64,000 nt of DNA. Origin: Candidatus Omnitrophota bacterium. GTDB taxonomy: Bacteria > Omnitrophota > Gorgyraeia > Gygaellales > Profunditerraquicolaceae. Both the position numbers and the translations under genes were made by a program. Below, piece after piece: positions 9,483 to 20,566 of this stretch; the first letter of the stretch is position 1, and each line of letters begins with the position of its first letter. The notes under the pieces are model-generated. The model searched no databases. It had not been told where the DNA came from and was given only the letters and a program-made list of their open reading frames with translations. The stretch covers positions 2,535-66,534 of the forward strand of contig JBFMDA010000001.1 in NCBI GenBank assembly GCA_040754255.1, given 5' to 3'.

Positions 9483-12400
9483 ATGCCGCGTTCCGATTTC
9501 GTCCATTTACACCTCCATACGCAATACAGCCTCCTTGACGGTGCCTGCCGTATACCTGAACTGCTCAATCTCGCCGCGCAATACAATATGGACTCCCTGG
9601 CAATTACCGACCATGGAAACATGTTCGGGGCAATAGATTTCTATCTGGGTGCGCAAAAAGCAGGGATCAAGCCAATTATCGGCTGCGAGGCATATATCGC
9701 GCCTAAAAGCCATCTGGATAAAGATATGGGCAGCATAGAAGAGGCCGCATACCATTTCATTCTTCTGGTGCGCGACGAAGCAGGGCTGCAAAACTTAATG
9801 AAGCTGGTATCCAAGGCCTATATTGACGGGTTTTATTACAGGCCGCGGATAGACAAAGAGCTTTTGGCCGCGCACAGCAAAGGGCTGATCGGATTAAGCG
9901 CCTGCCTTAAGGGGGAAATTCCTTCCCTGTTGCAACAAAACAGGTTTAACGACGCCTTAAAAGCCGCGGATGATTTTATGCAAATCCTGGGCAAAGAGAA
10001 TTTTTACCTTGAGCTTCAGGAAAATAAAATACCTGATCAAAAAACAGTAAACCAGGGCTTATTGAAAATTGCAAAAGAACTAACGCTTGGCCTTGTCGCC
10101 ACCAATGATGTGCATTACCTGACCAAGGACCGGGCAAAGTCCCACGAAGCGCTCCTGTGTATACAGACCCAGACCACCCTCAATGATCCTAACCGCATGC
10201 GGTTCCAGACCGACGAATTCTATTTCAAATCGCCTGAAGAGATGAAAGAGGCTTTCAGGGATATCCCGGAAGCCATTTATAACACCAAGGTAATTGCGCA
10301 ACGCTGTAACCTGGAGCTTGATTTTTCCTCGATACATATCCCCAAATACAACCCTCCCAACGGCATGCCAAAAGAAGCCTTCCTGCGTCAGCTTTGTATA
10401 GAAGGAATTCCGAAGCGCTACGGCACACAGAGCGAAGAAGTGGTAGCAAGAGTCGAACACGAATTAAAAATAATAAAAGAAATGGGCTTCACGAGTTATT
10501 TTCTCATCGTGTGGGATTTCATCCACTATGCAAAAAGCCAGCATATCCCGGTCGGCCCGGGAAGGGGCTCTGCGGCAGGAAGCTGCGTGAGTTTTTTGCT
10601 GGGTATCACAGATATTGACCCGTTGCGTTATAACCTGCTTTTTGAGCGTTTTCTTAACCCCGAGAGGCAGGGGCTGCCGGATATTGATATCGATTTCTGT
10701 TACGAGCGCAGGCAGGAAGTTATTGATTATGTGACGAAGAAATACGGCCAGGAAAACGTTGCCCAGATCATTACGTTCGGCACGATGCAGGCGCGCGCAG
10801 TTGTCAGGGACGTGGGCAGGGTTATGGGCATGGCGTATGCGGATGTAGACCGGATTGCCAAAATGATCCCGCCCGACCCTAATATTTCGCTCAAGGATGC
10901 CCTAGAGAGCGAGCCGGAACTGAAGAATTTATACGACAATGATGCGCAGATAACCAGGCTCATCGATACTGCGTTGCCGCTGGAAGGGCTTAACAGGCAC
11001 GCTTCCATCCATGCGGCCGGGGTGGTTATCGCCGATAAGCCTCTCAATAATTATATGCCGCTATTTAAAACGCAGGACGACCAGATTACCAGCGGCTTTG
11101 ATATGACGGCCCTTGAAAAAATCGGATTACTGAAGGTAGATTTCCTGGGGTTAAGGACACTGACCGTTATCGATGAAACGCTCAAATTAATCAAACGCCA
11201 CAAGGGCCGGGATATCGATATCGAAAAAATCCCGCTTGACGATCCGGCGACATATACATTGCTGGTATCGGCCCACACAATGGGGATATTCCAGCTTGAA
11301 AGTTCCGGGATGCGCGACCTTTTAAAGAAGCTTGAGCCGGAACGTTTCGAAGACCTGATCGCGCTTCTGGCGCTCTACCGCCCCGGCCCGATGGGCTCAG
11401 GTATGTTGACCGATTTTATACAAAGAAAGAGGAATAAAATACCTATACGCTACGACCACAAAAAGCTTGAGCCTATTTTAAAAGATACCTACGGTATTAT
11501 GGTGTATCAGGAGCAGATCATGCAGATTGTCTCCAGCCTTGCGGGTTTTAGCCTTGCGGAAGCTGATTTGCTCAGAAGGGCTATGAGCAAAAAGATCCCC
11601 GAAGTAATGGAGCAGCAGCGTAAACATTTTACGTCGGGCTGCGTAAAGAACGGGCTGAGCGAAGCGACTGCGAAGAAAATTTTTGACCAGATCCTTTTTT
11701 TCTCCGGTTATGGTTTTAACCGCAGCCACAGCGCTGCCTACGCGCTTATTTCCTACAGGACGGCGTTTTTGAAATCAAACTTTCCGGTTGAATTCATGAC
11801 CGCGCTATTGACTTCGGAGCGGGACAATACCGATAAAATCGTCGAATATGTCAATGAGGCGGAAAAGATGGGGATTGCCATTCTGCCGCCCGATATAAAC
11901 GCAAGCGACGGGCTCTTTAAAATTGAAAATGAGAAATCAATCCGGTTCGGCCTGCTTGCCGTAAAAAATGTCGGCAGGGGCGCGATTGACTCGGTGATTA
12001 ATGCCCGCAATGAATCCAAAACGTTTACGTCCCTGGAAGACCTCTGCCAGCGCATCGATTTAAGGCTGGTAAATAAAAAGGTGCTTGAGAGCCTGATAAA
12101 ATGCGGGGCGTTCGATTCTTTCAGAAAGAACAGGGCGCAGATGTTTGCGTCTCTGGAAAAAATACTCGAATTCTCTTCGAGTTCCCGCAGGGACAAAGCC
12201 AGGGGCCAACTGTCGTTTTTTGACAAGGAGCTCGATGCGCGCGGGTTTAAAGATTCGGTATCGCTTACCGAGCAGATAGAGGTCAAGGAGTGGCCGGAGC
12301 CGCAATTACTTGCGTTTGAAAAAGAGATGATCGGTTTTTACATTTCGGGCCATCCGCTCGCCCGCTACGCAAAACAATTAAAACGCTTTGCCTCAACCAC

Positions 12401-12926
12401 TATCCGCGACCTGCCTAATTTCAAAGACCAGGACCCCGTTACAATCATAGGCCTTATTGCCAAAGTCAAACACACCATTACCCGCGCCAAACAAGAAAAG
12501 ATGGCGATAATGCTGGTGGAGGACCTGGAAGGCGTCATTGAGGTGCTTGTGTTTCCGGTTTCCTTCCAGAAAAACCATCATTACATCCAGCCAAGCCTCG
12601 TAGTCATGGTAAAGGGGAGGCTCAACTTAAGGGAAGATACGCCAAAAATCATTGCCAATGAGATCTTCCCGGTTGAGGAGGTGTATAAGCTCGTAACGGC
12701 CCTGCAGATCAATCTCTTAGGATTACGCGAGTCTATCTTTGAAAGCCTCAAAGAACTTTTAAGCGGCTCACCCGGCAAGACGCCGGTGTACCTTCGGCTG
12801 GATACCCCCAACAAAACAAACGTTCAGCTTGTGGTCGGCAAAGACCTCTATGTCAACCCATCCGAACACCTCATCAGCGATATCGAAAACCTGCTCGGAG
12901 AAGAAAGGCTCTCGTTAGTCATTTAA
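9483..12926 (+). CDS. dnaE: DNA polymerase III alpha subunit
   Basis: FVHLHLHTQYSLLDG PHP domain, GRGSAAGS, PDIDIDF, FSGYGFNRSH, OB fold. Confidence 0.98.
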   Translation: MPRSDFVHLHLHTQYSLLDGACRIPELLNLAAQYNMDSLAITDHGNMFGAIDFYLGAQKAGIKPIIGCEAYIAPKSHLDKDMGSIEEAAYHFILLVRDEAGLQNLMKLVSKAYIDGFYYRPRIDKELLAAHSKGLIGLSACLKGEIPSLLQQNRFNDALKAADDFMQILGKENFYLELQENKIPDQKTVNQGLLKIAKELTLGLVATNDVHYLTKDRAKSHEALLCIQTQTTLNDPNRMRFQTDEFYFKSPEEMKEAFRDIPEAIYNTKVIAQRCNLELDFSSIHIPKYNPPNGMPKEAFLRQLCIEGIPKRYGTQSEEVVARVEHELKIIKEMGFTSYFLIVWDFIHYAKSQHIPVGPGRGSAAGSCVSFLLGITDIDPLRYNLLFERFLNPERQGLPDIDIDFCYERRQEVIDYVTKKYGQENVAQIITFGTMQARAVVRDVGRVMGMAYADVDRIAKMIPPDPNISLKDALESEPELKNLYDNDAQITRLIDTALPLEGLNRHASIHAAGVVIADKPLNNYMPLFKTQDDQITSGFDMTALEKIGLLKVDFLGLRTLTVIDETLKLIKRHKGRDIDIEKIPLDDPATYTLLVSAHTMGIFQLESSGMRDLLKKLEPERFEDLIALLALYRPGPMGSGMLTDFIQRKRNKIPIRYDHKKLEPILKDTYGIMVYQEQIMQIVSSLAGFSLAEADLLRRAMSKKIPEVMEQQRKHFTSGCVKNGLSEATAKKIFDQILFFSGYGFNRSHSAAYALISYRTAFLKSNFPVEFMTALLTSERDNTDKIVEYVNEAEKMGIAILPPDINASDGLFKIENEKSIRFGLLAVKNVGRGAIDSVINARNESKTFTSLEDLCQRIDLRLVNKKVLESLIKCGAFDSFRKNRAQMFASLEKILEFSSSSRRDKARGQLSFFDKELDARGFKDSVSLTEQIEVKEWPEPQLLAFEKEMIGFYISGHPLARYAKQLKRFASTTIRDLPNFKDQDPVTIIGLIAKVKHTITRAKQEKMAIMLVEDLEGVIEVLVFPVSFQKNHHYIQPSLVVMVKGRLNLREDTPKIIANEIFPVEEVYKLVTALQINLLGLRESIFESLKELLSGSPGKTPVYLRLDTPNKTNVQLVVGKDLYVNPSEHLISDIENLLGEERLSLVI

Positions 12927-13158
12927 TTCGTATTGCGTACAGCGTACAGCGTACGGCGTAGCGCGTAAAGCCGGTTGTTGGGTTAGGGTGAAGCCATGGA
13001 TCTGGTTATTTGGTAATGTTGTTGGTAAAAAACACGCCAAAGACCTCACCCTAACAACTAGACAATCAACCTGGCCCTTATACCACACACACCGCTTTAC
13101 TCCTTGACCTTACTTAGCCTCGACCTAGGCCTTAACCTTTTATAGTATTGAGTACGAA
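12927..13158. repeat. Composite palindromic intergenic element with TTCGTA...TACGAA termini
   Basis: Starts right after dnaE TAA with (N)NGCGTA heptamers, then a GT-rich/AC-rich palindromic core and CCT-hexamer array; ends TACGAA 13153-13158. Confidence 0.8.
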
Positions 13159-13163
13159 ATCTA

Positions 13164-13192
13164 TTGACATCGTAACATTTTGTTGATATTAT
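13164..13192 (+). promoter_or_regulatory. Sigma-70 promoter for the HU-hisS-aspS operon
   Basis: TTGACA (13164-13169), 17 nt, TATTAT (13187-13192). Confidence 0.7.
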
Positions 13193-13230
13193 ACTTGCGT
13201 AGTTAATGTGAGAAAAAACGGAGGAAAAAA

Positions 13231-13503
13231 ATGACTAAAAAAGACATCATCTTAAAAATCTCTGACGATACCAACCTGAAACAAACCGATGTAAAGAAAG
13301 TCGTGCAAAAATGTTTTGACTGCATAATAGACGCGCTGGTGCGTGGTGAAAAGATAGAGCTGAGGAATTTCGGCGTCTTTAAGATAAAACAAAGAAGGAG
13401 CCGAACCGGCAGAAACCCGCGCACAGGCCAAGTCGTTCCTGTTCCGCCCCGCAAAGTCGTAGTCTTCAAGCCCGGCCTCGAAATGAAGAAAAAGATAAAA
13501 TAA
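13231..13503 (+). CDS. HU/IHF family DNA-binding protein
   Basis: IELRNFGVF...GRNPRTG...FKPG; GGAGG RBS. Confidence 0.95.
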   Translation: MTKKDIILKISDDTNLKQTDVKKVVQKCFDCIIDALVRGEKIELRNFGVFKIKQRRSRTGRNPRTGQVVPVPPRKVVVFKPGLEMKKKIK

Positions 13504-13506
13504 TCT

Positions 13507-14775
13507 ATGTTTAAGAGAGTAGCCGGAACAAAAGATATCCTGCCTGCGCAAGTCAGCATATGGCAAAGCCTGGAAGCAATCAGCAGGGAAGTATTCAATC
13601 TCTATAATTATAAGGAGATACGCCCGCCGTTGCTGGAGGAATCAGGCTTATTCAACCGCTCGTTGGGCGAGACTGCAGAAATCGTCCAGAAACAGATGTT
13701 TCTCGTAAAAAAAGGGGATGATGAATTCGCGCTCAGGCCTGAAGCTACGGCTTCTATAGTCCGTGCCTATATCGAGAATAACTTTGATAAGTTGCAGTCA
13801 TTTTCGAAATTATATTACATAGGCCCAATGTTTAGACTCGAGCGGCCGCAAAAGGGGAGGCTACGACAATTCCACCATATTGGCTGTGAGGCAATCGGTT
13901 CAAAAGACCCTTATGTAGATGTTGAGGTCATTTCGCTGGCAAATACCCTTCTTGCGCGTTTCTTTATTGATGAGTATGCCCTGCACATAAACAGCCTCGG
14001 CTGTCCGCAGGATAAAAAGAAATTTGCCGACCTCTTACGCGCTGCGCTCAAAGGAAAAGTTGCCCGTTTCTGCGAAGACTGCCAGGCGCGTTATGAGCGC
14101 AATGTATTCAGGATCCTTGATTGTAAAAACGAATCGTGCCGTGGTTTTATTAAGGACCTCGGCCTTACAAACGAACATTTGTGCAAAGAATGCGCGCAGC
14201 ACTTTGCAATAGTCAGGGAAGGGTTGGGTGCGCTGGGCGTTACGTATGAAGTTTCTCCTTTATTAGTCAGGGGCCTTGATTATTATACAGGCACGGTATT
14301 TGAATTTACACACAAGTCGCTTGAGAGCCAACAAGATGCCCTCGGCGCAGGCGGCAGATACGATACCCTTAGCCGGGAGCTTGGCGGGCCGGACAAGGGG
14401 GCATGCGGGTTTGCCTTTGGGGTAGAAAGGCTGTTGTTGGTATGTAAAGAGGAAAAGATTGCCCCCTCGGCCAAGCCGCTTGTTTTTTTAATCCTCCTGG
14501 GAGATGAAGCAAGGCAAAAGGGCGTTAAGGTGCTTAATGATTTGCGCAGCCGCGGAATAGCTGCGGATACAGATTATGAGAGTAAATCCTTAAAAGGCGC
14601 GATGCGCAAGGCAAATGATCTTAATGCCAGGTTTGCGGCGATCCTGGGAGAAGACGAGTTGCGCAAAGGAACAATAAGCCTCAAAGATATGCAGTCGGGC
14701 CAGCAGAGGGAAGTAGGGATTAACGAAATAACACAAATAATATCTAACTCAGGGCCTATGGTCGATGGTCGATAG
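13507..14775 (+). CDS. hisS: Histidine-tRNA ligase
   Basis: LRPEATAS, ERPQKGRLRQFHHIG, LVRGLDYY, GGRYD, GFAFGVERL. Confidence 0.97.
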   Translation: MFKRVAGTKDILPAQVSIWQSLEAISREVFNLYNYKEIRPPLLEESGLFNRSLGETAEIVQKQMFLVKKGDDEFALRPEATASIVRAYIENNFDKLQSFSKLYYIGPMFRLERPQKGRLRQFHHIGCEAIGSKDPYVDVEVISLANTLLARFFIDEYALHINSLGCPQDKKKFADLLRAALKGKVARFCEDCQARYERNVFRILDCKNESCRGFIKDLGLTNEHLCKECAQHFAIVREGLGALGVTYEVSPLLVRGLDYYTGTVFEFTHKSLESQQDALGAGGRYDTLSRELGGPDKGACGFAFGVERLLLVCKEEKIAPSAKPLVFLILLGDEARQKGVKVLNDLRSRGIAADTDYESKSLKGAMRKANDLNARFAAILGEDELRKGTISLKDMQSGQQREVGINEITQIISNSGPMVDGR

Positions 14776-14824
14776 TCCATTGACTATAGACCATAGACTA
14801 TCGTCCCTTAATTTTTTTATACGA
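14751..14824. repeat. Family C heptamer inverted repeat overlapping the hisS 3' end
   Basis: ctatggtcgatggtcgatagtc / gactatagaccatagactatcg arms form a hairpin containing the hisS TAG; region ends TACGA two bases before the aspS ATG. Confidence 0.75.
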
Positions 14825-14826
14825 TT

Positions 14827-16221
14827 ATGCTACGAACCCACACATGCGGCGAATTAACGGCCAAAGACATCGGCAGCGAAGTGACGCTGTGCGGCTGGGT
14901 TGCCAGTAGGCGGGACCACGGCAAGCTTATTTTTATAGATATACGGGATAGGTATGGCTTGACTCAGGTGGTGTTTATCCCCAAGGATATCGCAGAAGCA
15001 TACAAATCCGCGCAAACACTGCGTGATGAATATGTAATCAGGGTGCGCGGTAAAGTAAACCAAAGGCCGCAAGGCACCCTCAATCCAAAGTTGCCGACGG
15101 GTGAAATCGAAATTCTTGCAACCGGCCTTGAAATTCTTAATGCCAGCCTCACCCCGCCGTTTGAAATAAAAGAGGGCGTGCCTATTGACGAGGAGTTACG
15201 CCTTAAATACCGGTATCTGGACCTGCGCAGAAAAAACGTTTTTACTAATTTTACCTTAAGGGACCGGGCATACAAGGTAATGCGGGCTTTCTTGGCGAAA
15301 AAAGACTTTATCGAATGCGAAACCCCCATACTTACAAAATCAACGCCGGAAGGTGCGCGCGATTATTTGGTCCCTTCAAGGCTTAATCCCGGCCAATTTT
15401 ATGCGCTCCCCCAGTCGCCGCAACTATTCAAGCAGATCCTTATGGTCTCAGGGATTGAGCGGTATTACCAGATCGCAAAATGTTTCCGCGACGAAGACCT
15501 GCGCGCTGACCGCCAGCCGGAATTCACCCAGCTGGATATCGAGATGTCTTTTATCAGTGAAGAGGACATATTTAGTTTGACAGAGGAATTGATGTATTTG
15601 ATAATGAAAGAGCTGAAAGGCATCGAACTAAAAACGCCGTTTCCCCGCATTTCTTATAAGGAGGCGATGCATACGTATGCCAGCGACAAACCAGACGTAA
15701 GGCAGGAACTAAACGCCGAGTTTGCGTTTGCCTGGGTCGTTGACTTTCCGCTGTTCAAATACAATGATGAAGAAAAGCGTTGGGAAAGCGAGCACCATCC
15801 TTTTACTGCGCCGAACCCGCGCCAGATTGAACTGTTGGAAACGAATCCGGCAGAAGTAGTATCCCGTTCTTATGACCTTGTGTTAAACGGAATGGAAATC
15901 GGCTCAGGTTCAATAAGGATTCACGAGCAGTCGCTTCAGGAAAAGATTTTCGGGATAATCGGCATTCAGCAGGAAGAGGCGCGTAAGCGTTTCGGCTTTC
16001 TGTTGGATGCATTTCAGTACGGCGCACCTCCGCACGGAGGTATCGCATTCGGCATAGATAGGCTTCTGGCAATACTTGCAAACGAGGCAAGTATCCGGGA
16101 GGTAATCGGGTTCCCGAAGACGCAGAAGGCGTACTGTCCGCTTACTCAAGCGCCTTCGGAGGTTGACGCAAGGCAGCTCAAGGAATTAAAAATAAATTTA
16201 GCCAAAAAAAAGGAGGCTTAG
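14827..16221 (+). CDS. aspS: Aspartate-tRNA ligase, short form lacking the GAD insertion, probably non-discriminating
   Basis: RTHTCGEL, RRDHG, STPEGARDYLVP, LPQSPQLFKQ, GAPPHGGIAFGIDR. Confidence 0.96.
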   Translation: MLRTHTCGELTAKDIGSEVTLCGWVASRRDHGKLIFIDIRDRYGLTQVVFIPKDIAEAYKSAQTLRDEYVIRVRGKVNQRPQGTLNPKLPTGEIEILATGLEILNASLTPPFEIKEGVPIDEELRLKYRYLDLRRKNVFTNFTLRDRAYKVMRAFLAKKDFIECETPILTKSTPEGARDYLVPSRLNPGQFYALPQSPQLFKQILMVSGIERYYQIAKCFRDEDLRADRQPEFTQLDIEMSFISEEDIFSLTEELMYLIMKELKGIELKTPFPRISYKEAMHTYASDKPDVRQELNAEFAFAWVVDFPLFKYNDEEKRWESEHHPFTAPNPRQIELLETNPAEVVSRSYDLVLNGMEIGSGSIRIHEQSLQEKIFGIIGIQQEEARKRFGFLLDAFQYGAPPHGGIAFGIDRLLAILANEASIREVIGFPKTQKAYCPLTQAPSEVDARQLKELKINLAKKKEA

Positions 16222-16222
16222 T

Positions 16223-16804
16223 ATGAAAGCGGCAAAACAAATGTATTTCGTATTCTTGGCATCTGCGTTTTTGCTTTCCGGCTGCGTAGTGAGGACCTAT
16301 CAGACTACCAAAGACAGGGTTGACCAGGATCTGCAGGGCAACCGCGGTTATCTTAAAGGTAGGCCGGTCGCAGGCGAAACAACCGCGCGCAAGACTACGC
16401 GTTCCTTAAGAGTGGTGGAGCTGGAGCTTCATTCACCGTTAAAATTCGAAAAAGGGCCTTCGCAGGAAGCAGGAAAAGTTTCTATGAAAGGTACGGTTGC
16501 GGAAAGGACTGAAGACAAGGGCGCATGGGGTAATCGCGGCTATATCTCAAGCAGTGATCTCCCTGAAATTGCCGAACCCTCGCCCGCAGCCAAGCCGGCC
16601 GGTTTTCAGAAGTATACGGTCCAGAAAAACGATACGCTTCAAAAAATCTCCCTTAAGTTCTTCGGCACGACAAAGAAATGGCAAAAGATTTTTGAAGCAA
16701 ATAAGAACAGCTTAAAAGCGCCGAATAAGATTTATCCCGGGCAAACACTGCTTATACCTGTCCAAGGGCCTGTCGCCGCTGAAGGCATGAAGAAATTTAA
16801 ATAA
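16223..16804 (+). CDS. LysM-domain lipoprotein
   Basis: Lipobox LLSGC; [13 protein letters not shown]...IFEAN...[10 protein letters not shown]. Confidence 0.9.
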   Translation: MKAAKQMYFVFLASAFLLSGCVVRTYQTTKDRVDQDLQGNRGYLKGRPVAGETTARKTTRSLRVVELELHSPLKFEKGPSQEAGKVSMKGTVAERTEDKGAWGNRGYISSSDLPEIAEPSPAAKPAGFQKYTVQKNDTLQKISLKFFGTTKKWQKIFEANKNSLKAPNKIYPGQTLLIPVQGPVAAEGMKKFK

Positions 16805-16812
16805 ACGGGACA

Positions 16813-17760
16813 GTGAAGAAGGTTCTGGAGTTAGAAAGCATTTCCCAGGCACAGCAGTTGTGCGGGCCGTTCGATAAAGGCCTTAAGGACCTAGAGGAAG
16901 AACTGAAGGTCCGCCTGACTATTCACGACAATCATCTTAAGATTTCCGGTGTTCCTACCAGGGTCAATAAGGCATACAAATACCTGGAAGGCCTGCTTGC
17001 GGATATCAGGAATACGCAGGAAGGGCCCTTGCCAAGGCTTAGGGAAAAAGAAAAATTGAAAAGAGTTCAGAAATCTAAAACGGCATCTTCGGGTGCGGCG
17101 CACACATTTAGGCTCGGCATTGAAAAGACCATAGGGCCTAAAACCAAGGGGCAGCGCGAATACATCGAGTCGATTAAGAAATACGATATCGTCTTTGGTG
17201 TCGGGCCGGCAGGTACCGGAAAAACATACCTGGCAATGGCCCAGGCAGTGGAAGCCCTTAAAAAACAGGAAGTGCGCCGTATTATCCTGACCAGGCCTGC
17301 AATCGAAGCAGGGGAATCCCTTGGGTTCCTGCCGGGCGATATGTATGAAAAAATTTCCCCTTACCTGCGGCCGCTCTACGATGCGCTTTATGATATGATG
17401 GATGCGGAACGAATAGAAAAGTATATCGAGACAGGCATTATTGAGGTGGCCCCGCTTGCGTATATGAGGGGAAGGACTTTAAACGATGCCTTTATTGTGC
17501 TCGACGAAGCACAGAATGCTACCGCAGAACAGATGAAGATGTTCTTGACCCGCATCGGTTTTTATTCAAAAGCGGTAATTACCGGGGATATTACGCAGAG
17601 CGACCTGCCCGATGGGAAGCCTATCGGGCTATTGCAGGCACAGGAGATATTGCGCGACATAGAAGGCATCAAATTCGTATTTTTGACAGGCGAGGATATT
17701 GTAAGGCACGAACTTGTCCAGAAGATAATCCAGGCATATGACCACGCAAACCGTCAATAG
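16813..17760 (+). CDS. phoH: PhoH-family ATPase
   Basis: [38 protein letters not shown]. Confidence 0.95.
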   Translation: MKKVLELESISQAQQLCGPFDKGLKDLEEELKVRLTIHDNHLKISGVPTRVNKAYKYLEGLLADIRNTQEGPLPRLREKEKLKRVQKSKTASSGAAHTFRLGIEKTIGPKTKGQREYIESIKKYDIVFGVGPAGTGKTYLAMAQAVEALKKQEVRRIILTRPAIEAGESLGFLPGDMYEKISPYLRPLYDALYDMMDAERIEKYIETGIIEVAPLAYMRGRTLNDAFIVLDEAQNATAEQMKMFLTRIGFYSKAVITGDITQSDLPDGKPIGLLQAQEILRDIEGIKFVFLTGEDIVRHELVQKIIQAYDHANRQ

Positions 17761-19183
17761 CAAGAAAAAACAGCCTTTAGGGATGAACCCTTCGATGCGC
17801 ACGCGCGAAATCATAGGGTTTATACTCGGGACCATCCTGGTCTTTACGCTTTGCTATGTCCTGCAGGTAAATACCCTGCTTGGGCTGTTTCTTCTGTCAT
17901 TAACGATCTATTTCAAATACCTTTACCTTACCCATAATCGGCTTACCTATAAATTACTCAATCCTTCGTTCTTTTTCGTAATTAATTTTACCACCGCTTA
18001 TTGGATCGCACAGCAGGGGTTGCCTATTTTTTATCTTCCGTATGCCGCGTTTCCTATGCTGGCAACGCTCTTGTTTCCCCGCCTGACCATACCGTTTCTA
18101 CTCAATCTTGCTTCGGCAGTTTCCCTGGCATTTGTGTTCGGCAACAAACTCCTGGTTGAGGTATTGTTTCTTATCAGCGGCATTCTTTCAATCACCCTTG
18201 TAGTCGGGGCAAGGAGAAGGTTTACCATCATCAAGGCCGGGCTTATCATCGGTTTTGTGCAAGCCTTATCGTATCTATTGCTCCATCCGGTTGACCTCAT
18301 AAAGCACTCTACGGTATATTCTGCGTTCTTCCTAAACGGCCTGGCCTGCAGCATTATCGTGCTGGGCACTTTGTCGATTTTCGAATACCTCTTTAAGACC
18401 ATTACCAATATTACCCTGCTTGAATTGTCCGATTTTAACCAACCGCTCCTGCATCGCCTGATGCTTGAAGTCCCCGGGACCTACCACCACAGCCTTATTG
18501 TCGGCAACCTCTCGGAAGCAGCCTGCGAGGCAATCAACGCCAATGCACTCCTTGCGCGTATTGGGGCGTATTACCACGATATAGGAAAACTGGAAAAACC
18601 GGAATACTTCAGCGAGAACCAGGACCTAAGCCAGAGCAAACATGACGAGCTTTCTCCTACGATGAGCAAGCTGGTGATTATGAACCATGTAAAAGAAGGC
18701 ATTGAGTTAGCAAAACGCAGCAGGCTGAATCCGGCAATCATAAATTTCATCCACCAGCACCACGGCAACAGCCTTGTGTATTATTTTTACCGCCGCGCAC
18801 TCGAGAGCGTAGAAGAGGATGAGAAAATACAGGAGGAAGGGTTTCGTTATCCGGGCCCAAAGCCAAACAGCAAAGAAACCGCCGTCGTATTGCTGGCAGA
18901 TTCGGTAGAAGCGGCTACCCGTGCCCTGAAAGAACCAAATCCTTCCAAGATCGAAGAAGTAGTCCATAAGATCATCAATAACAAATTTATCGACGGCCAA
19001 CTTGACGAATGCGACCTTACCCTCAAAGACCTGGAAAAGATTGCGAAAGTATTTATCCGCATCCTGAACAGCATCTACCATGCGCGCATCACCTATCCCG
19101 AGGCGAATGTTGAAAATAATCATAAAAAACCTGCAAAAGAAAATTCCCATCAATCCGACAAGGATAAAGAAGTTAGCTCTTAG
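17738..19183 (+). CDS. Multi-TM HDIG phosphohydrolase (PgpH-like, no large extracellular domain)
   Basis: [33 protein letters not shown]; phoH-ybeY context; start uncertain. Confidence 0.88.
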   Translation: MTTQTVNSKKKQPLGMNPSMRTREIIGFILGTILVFTLCYVLQVNTLLGLFLLSLTIYFKYLYLTHNRLTYKLLNPSFFFVINFTTAYWIAQQGLPIFYLPYAAFPMLATLLFPRLTIPFLLNLASAVSLAFVFGNKLLVEVLFLISGILSITLVVGARRRFTIIKAGLIIGFVQALSYLLLHPVDLIKHSTVYSAFFLNGLACSIIVLGTLSIFEYLFKTITNITLLELSDFNQPLLHRLMLEVPGTYHHSLIVGNLSEAACEAINANALLARIGAYYHDIGKLEKPEYFSENQDLSQSKHDELSPTMSKLVIMNHVKEGIELAKRSRLNPAIINFIHQHHGNSLVYYFYRRALESVEEDEKIQEEGFRYPGPKPNSKETAVVLLADSVEAATRALKEPNPSKIEEVVHKIINNKFIDGQLDECDLTLKDLEKIAKVFIRILNSIYHARITYPEANVENNHKKPAKENSHQSDKDKEVSS

Positions 19184-19538
19184 TACCGTATCCCGCGGGG
19201 ACTTGCATAAAGCCGGTGAATTGACTATCTGCTTCGTACACGACGCACAGATACAAACGCTCAATTCCCGCTTTCTTAAGATACAAAAACCCACGGACGT
19301 GTTAGCCTTCAAGCTCAGCGCAAAAAATGAGGAATTCCGCGCGGATATTATCATTTCCGCGGAAACGGCACTGCGTAATGCCGCGGAGTTTGGCACTTCG
19401 CCTTTTTTCGAACTCAGCCTCTATGTAGCCCACGGCATCCTTCATCTGCAGGGGTATGACGATAAAACCGTTAAAGGCACACAACAGATGTACAGAAGGG
19501 CAGTGGGGATTCTAAAGAAGAATAACATTAGTTCGTAG
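19107..19538 (+). CDS. ybeY: rRNA maturation endoribonuclease YbeY
   Basis: PTDVLAF, HGILHLQGYDD; start taken at MLKIIIKN. Confidence 0.9.
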   Translation: MLKIIIKNLQKKIPINPTRIKKLALSTVSRGDLHKAGELTICFVHDAQIQTLNSRFLKIQKPTDVLAFKLSAKNEEFRADIIISAETALRNAAEFGTSPFFELSLYVAHGILHLQGYDDKTVKGTQQMYRRAVGILKKNNISS

Positions 19539-19778
19539 TGCGTATAGCGTATTGCGTATAGCGTAGTGCGTACGGCCTTTACCGCGGAACGCATAACACT
19601 CTTGTTGTGTGGGTGTGGGTTAGGTCATTGGTTTGGTGAATGGGGGAAGGTAAATGGTGTAAAAAATTTACACCAATAACCTTACACTAACAACCAAACC
19701 ATTTACCTTCCCTCTATACTATACGCTCTACCTCAACCTTAGCCTTACTTAACCTAAACCTTAACCTTTTTCTACGAA
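19532..19778. repeat. 247-bp composite element with 7-bp terminal inverted repeats TTCGTAG/CTACGAA
   Basis: Supplies the ybeY TAG and abuts the recO ATG; heptamer array + palindromic core + CCT-hexamer array; close inverted copy at 26293-26527. Confidence 0.9.
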
Positions 19779-20552
19779 ATGTCCATTCATAAAACCGAAG
19801 CGATAGTACTGAACCGCCGGCCTTTTCGGGAGACATCCCTGATCGCCGACTTTTTTACCCTTGAGTTCGGCAAGATCAACGGCTTATTAAAAGGGATTCG
19901 CACTGAACCGCAGAAGTTCTCAAGCCCCGTAGAGCTATTTTCGCTCAACGAGATTATTTTTTACCGAAGGCAGAATTCCGATATCCAGCTCGTAAGCCAA
20001 TGCGACCTAAAGCACAATTTTGATGCGATCCGCCGCGATGTGACAAAGGTAAGCCTTGCCAGCGTGATGATGGAACTGCTGCAGGCAGTCATGCCCGCGG
20101 AAGAAAAGAACGAAGAGATATTTAAGCTCGCCAGTGCGTCTCTTCAGGAAATGGAATCCTGCGTCAGGCCGGAGAAGATCGCCACTATTTTTAAAATAAA
20201 ACTACTTTCTTTATCCGGCTTTAAGCCCCACCTGGACTCCTGCGTATCCTGCGGCAATAAAATTTTAAGCCAGTCCAAATTCAGCCTTTCACTGGGCGGC
20301 CTCATCTGTGCTACGTGTAACCATAAAGACAAGAATGCCCGCCTTATTTTTCGGGGAACGATTGCCACCATCCTGCATATCGAAAAGAATGAAATGAAAA
20401 ATAATCTCAACCTAGGAATGAATCCCCAGATCAAAACAGAGCTGAACCTGATCCTGAACGCCTTCCTCACTTACCACCTTGAAAGAAGCTTCAAGGCGCA
20501 AAAGGTACTGGACGGGATGCAGAATACTATCGCGCTGCCCTTGCGCACGTAA
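19779..20552 (+). CDS. recO: DNA repair protein RecO
   Basis: TEAIVL..RPFRETS, GFKPHLDSCVSCG...GGLICATC zinc finger. Confidence 0.93.
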   Translation: MSIHKTEAIVLNRRPFRETSLIADFFTLEFGKINGLLKGIRTEPQKFSSPVELFSLNEIIFYRRQNSDIQLVSQCDLKHNFDAIRRDVTKVSLASVMMELLQAVMPAEEKNEEIFKLASASLQEMESCVRPEKIATIFKIKLLSLSGFKPHLDSCVSCGNKILSQSKFSLSLGGLICATCNHKDKNARLIFRGTIATILHIEKNEMKNNLNLGMNPQIKTELNLILNAFLTYHLERSFKAQKVLDGMQNTIALPLRT

Positions 20553-20566
20553 CTCTTATCTTCAAG

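Noticed and set aside
19107-19538. YbeY third metal ligand His>Asp (GYDD) as a sign of pseudogenisation
   Set aside because: Reading frame and operon context are intact; the GYDD variant occurs in other YbeY proteins.
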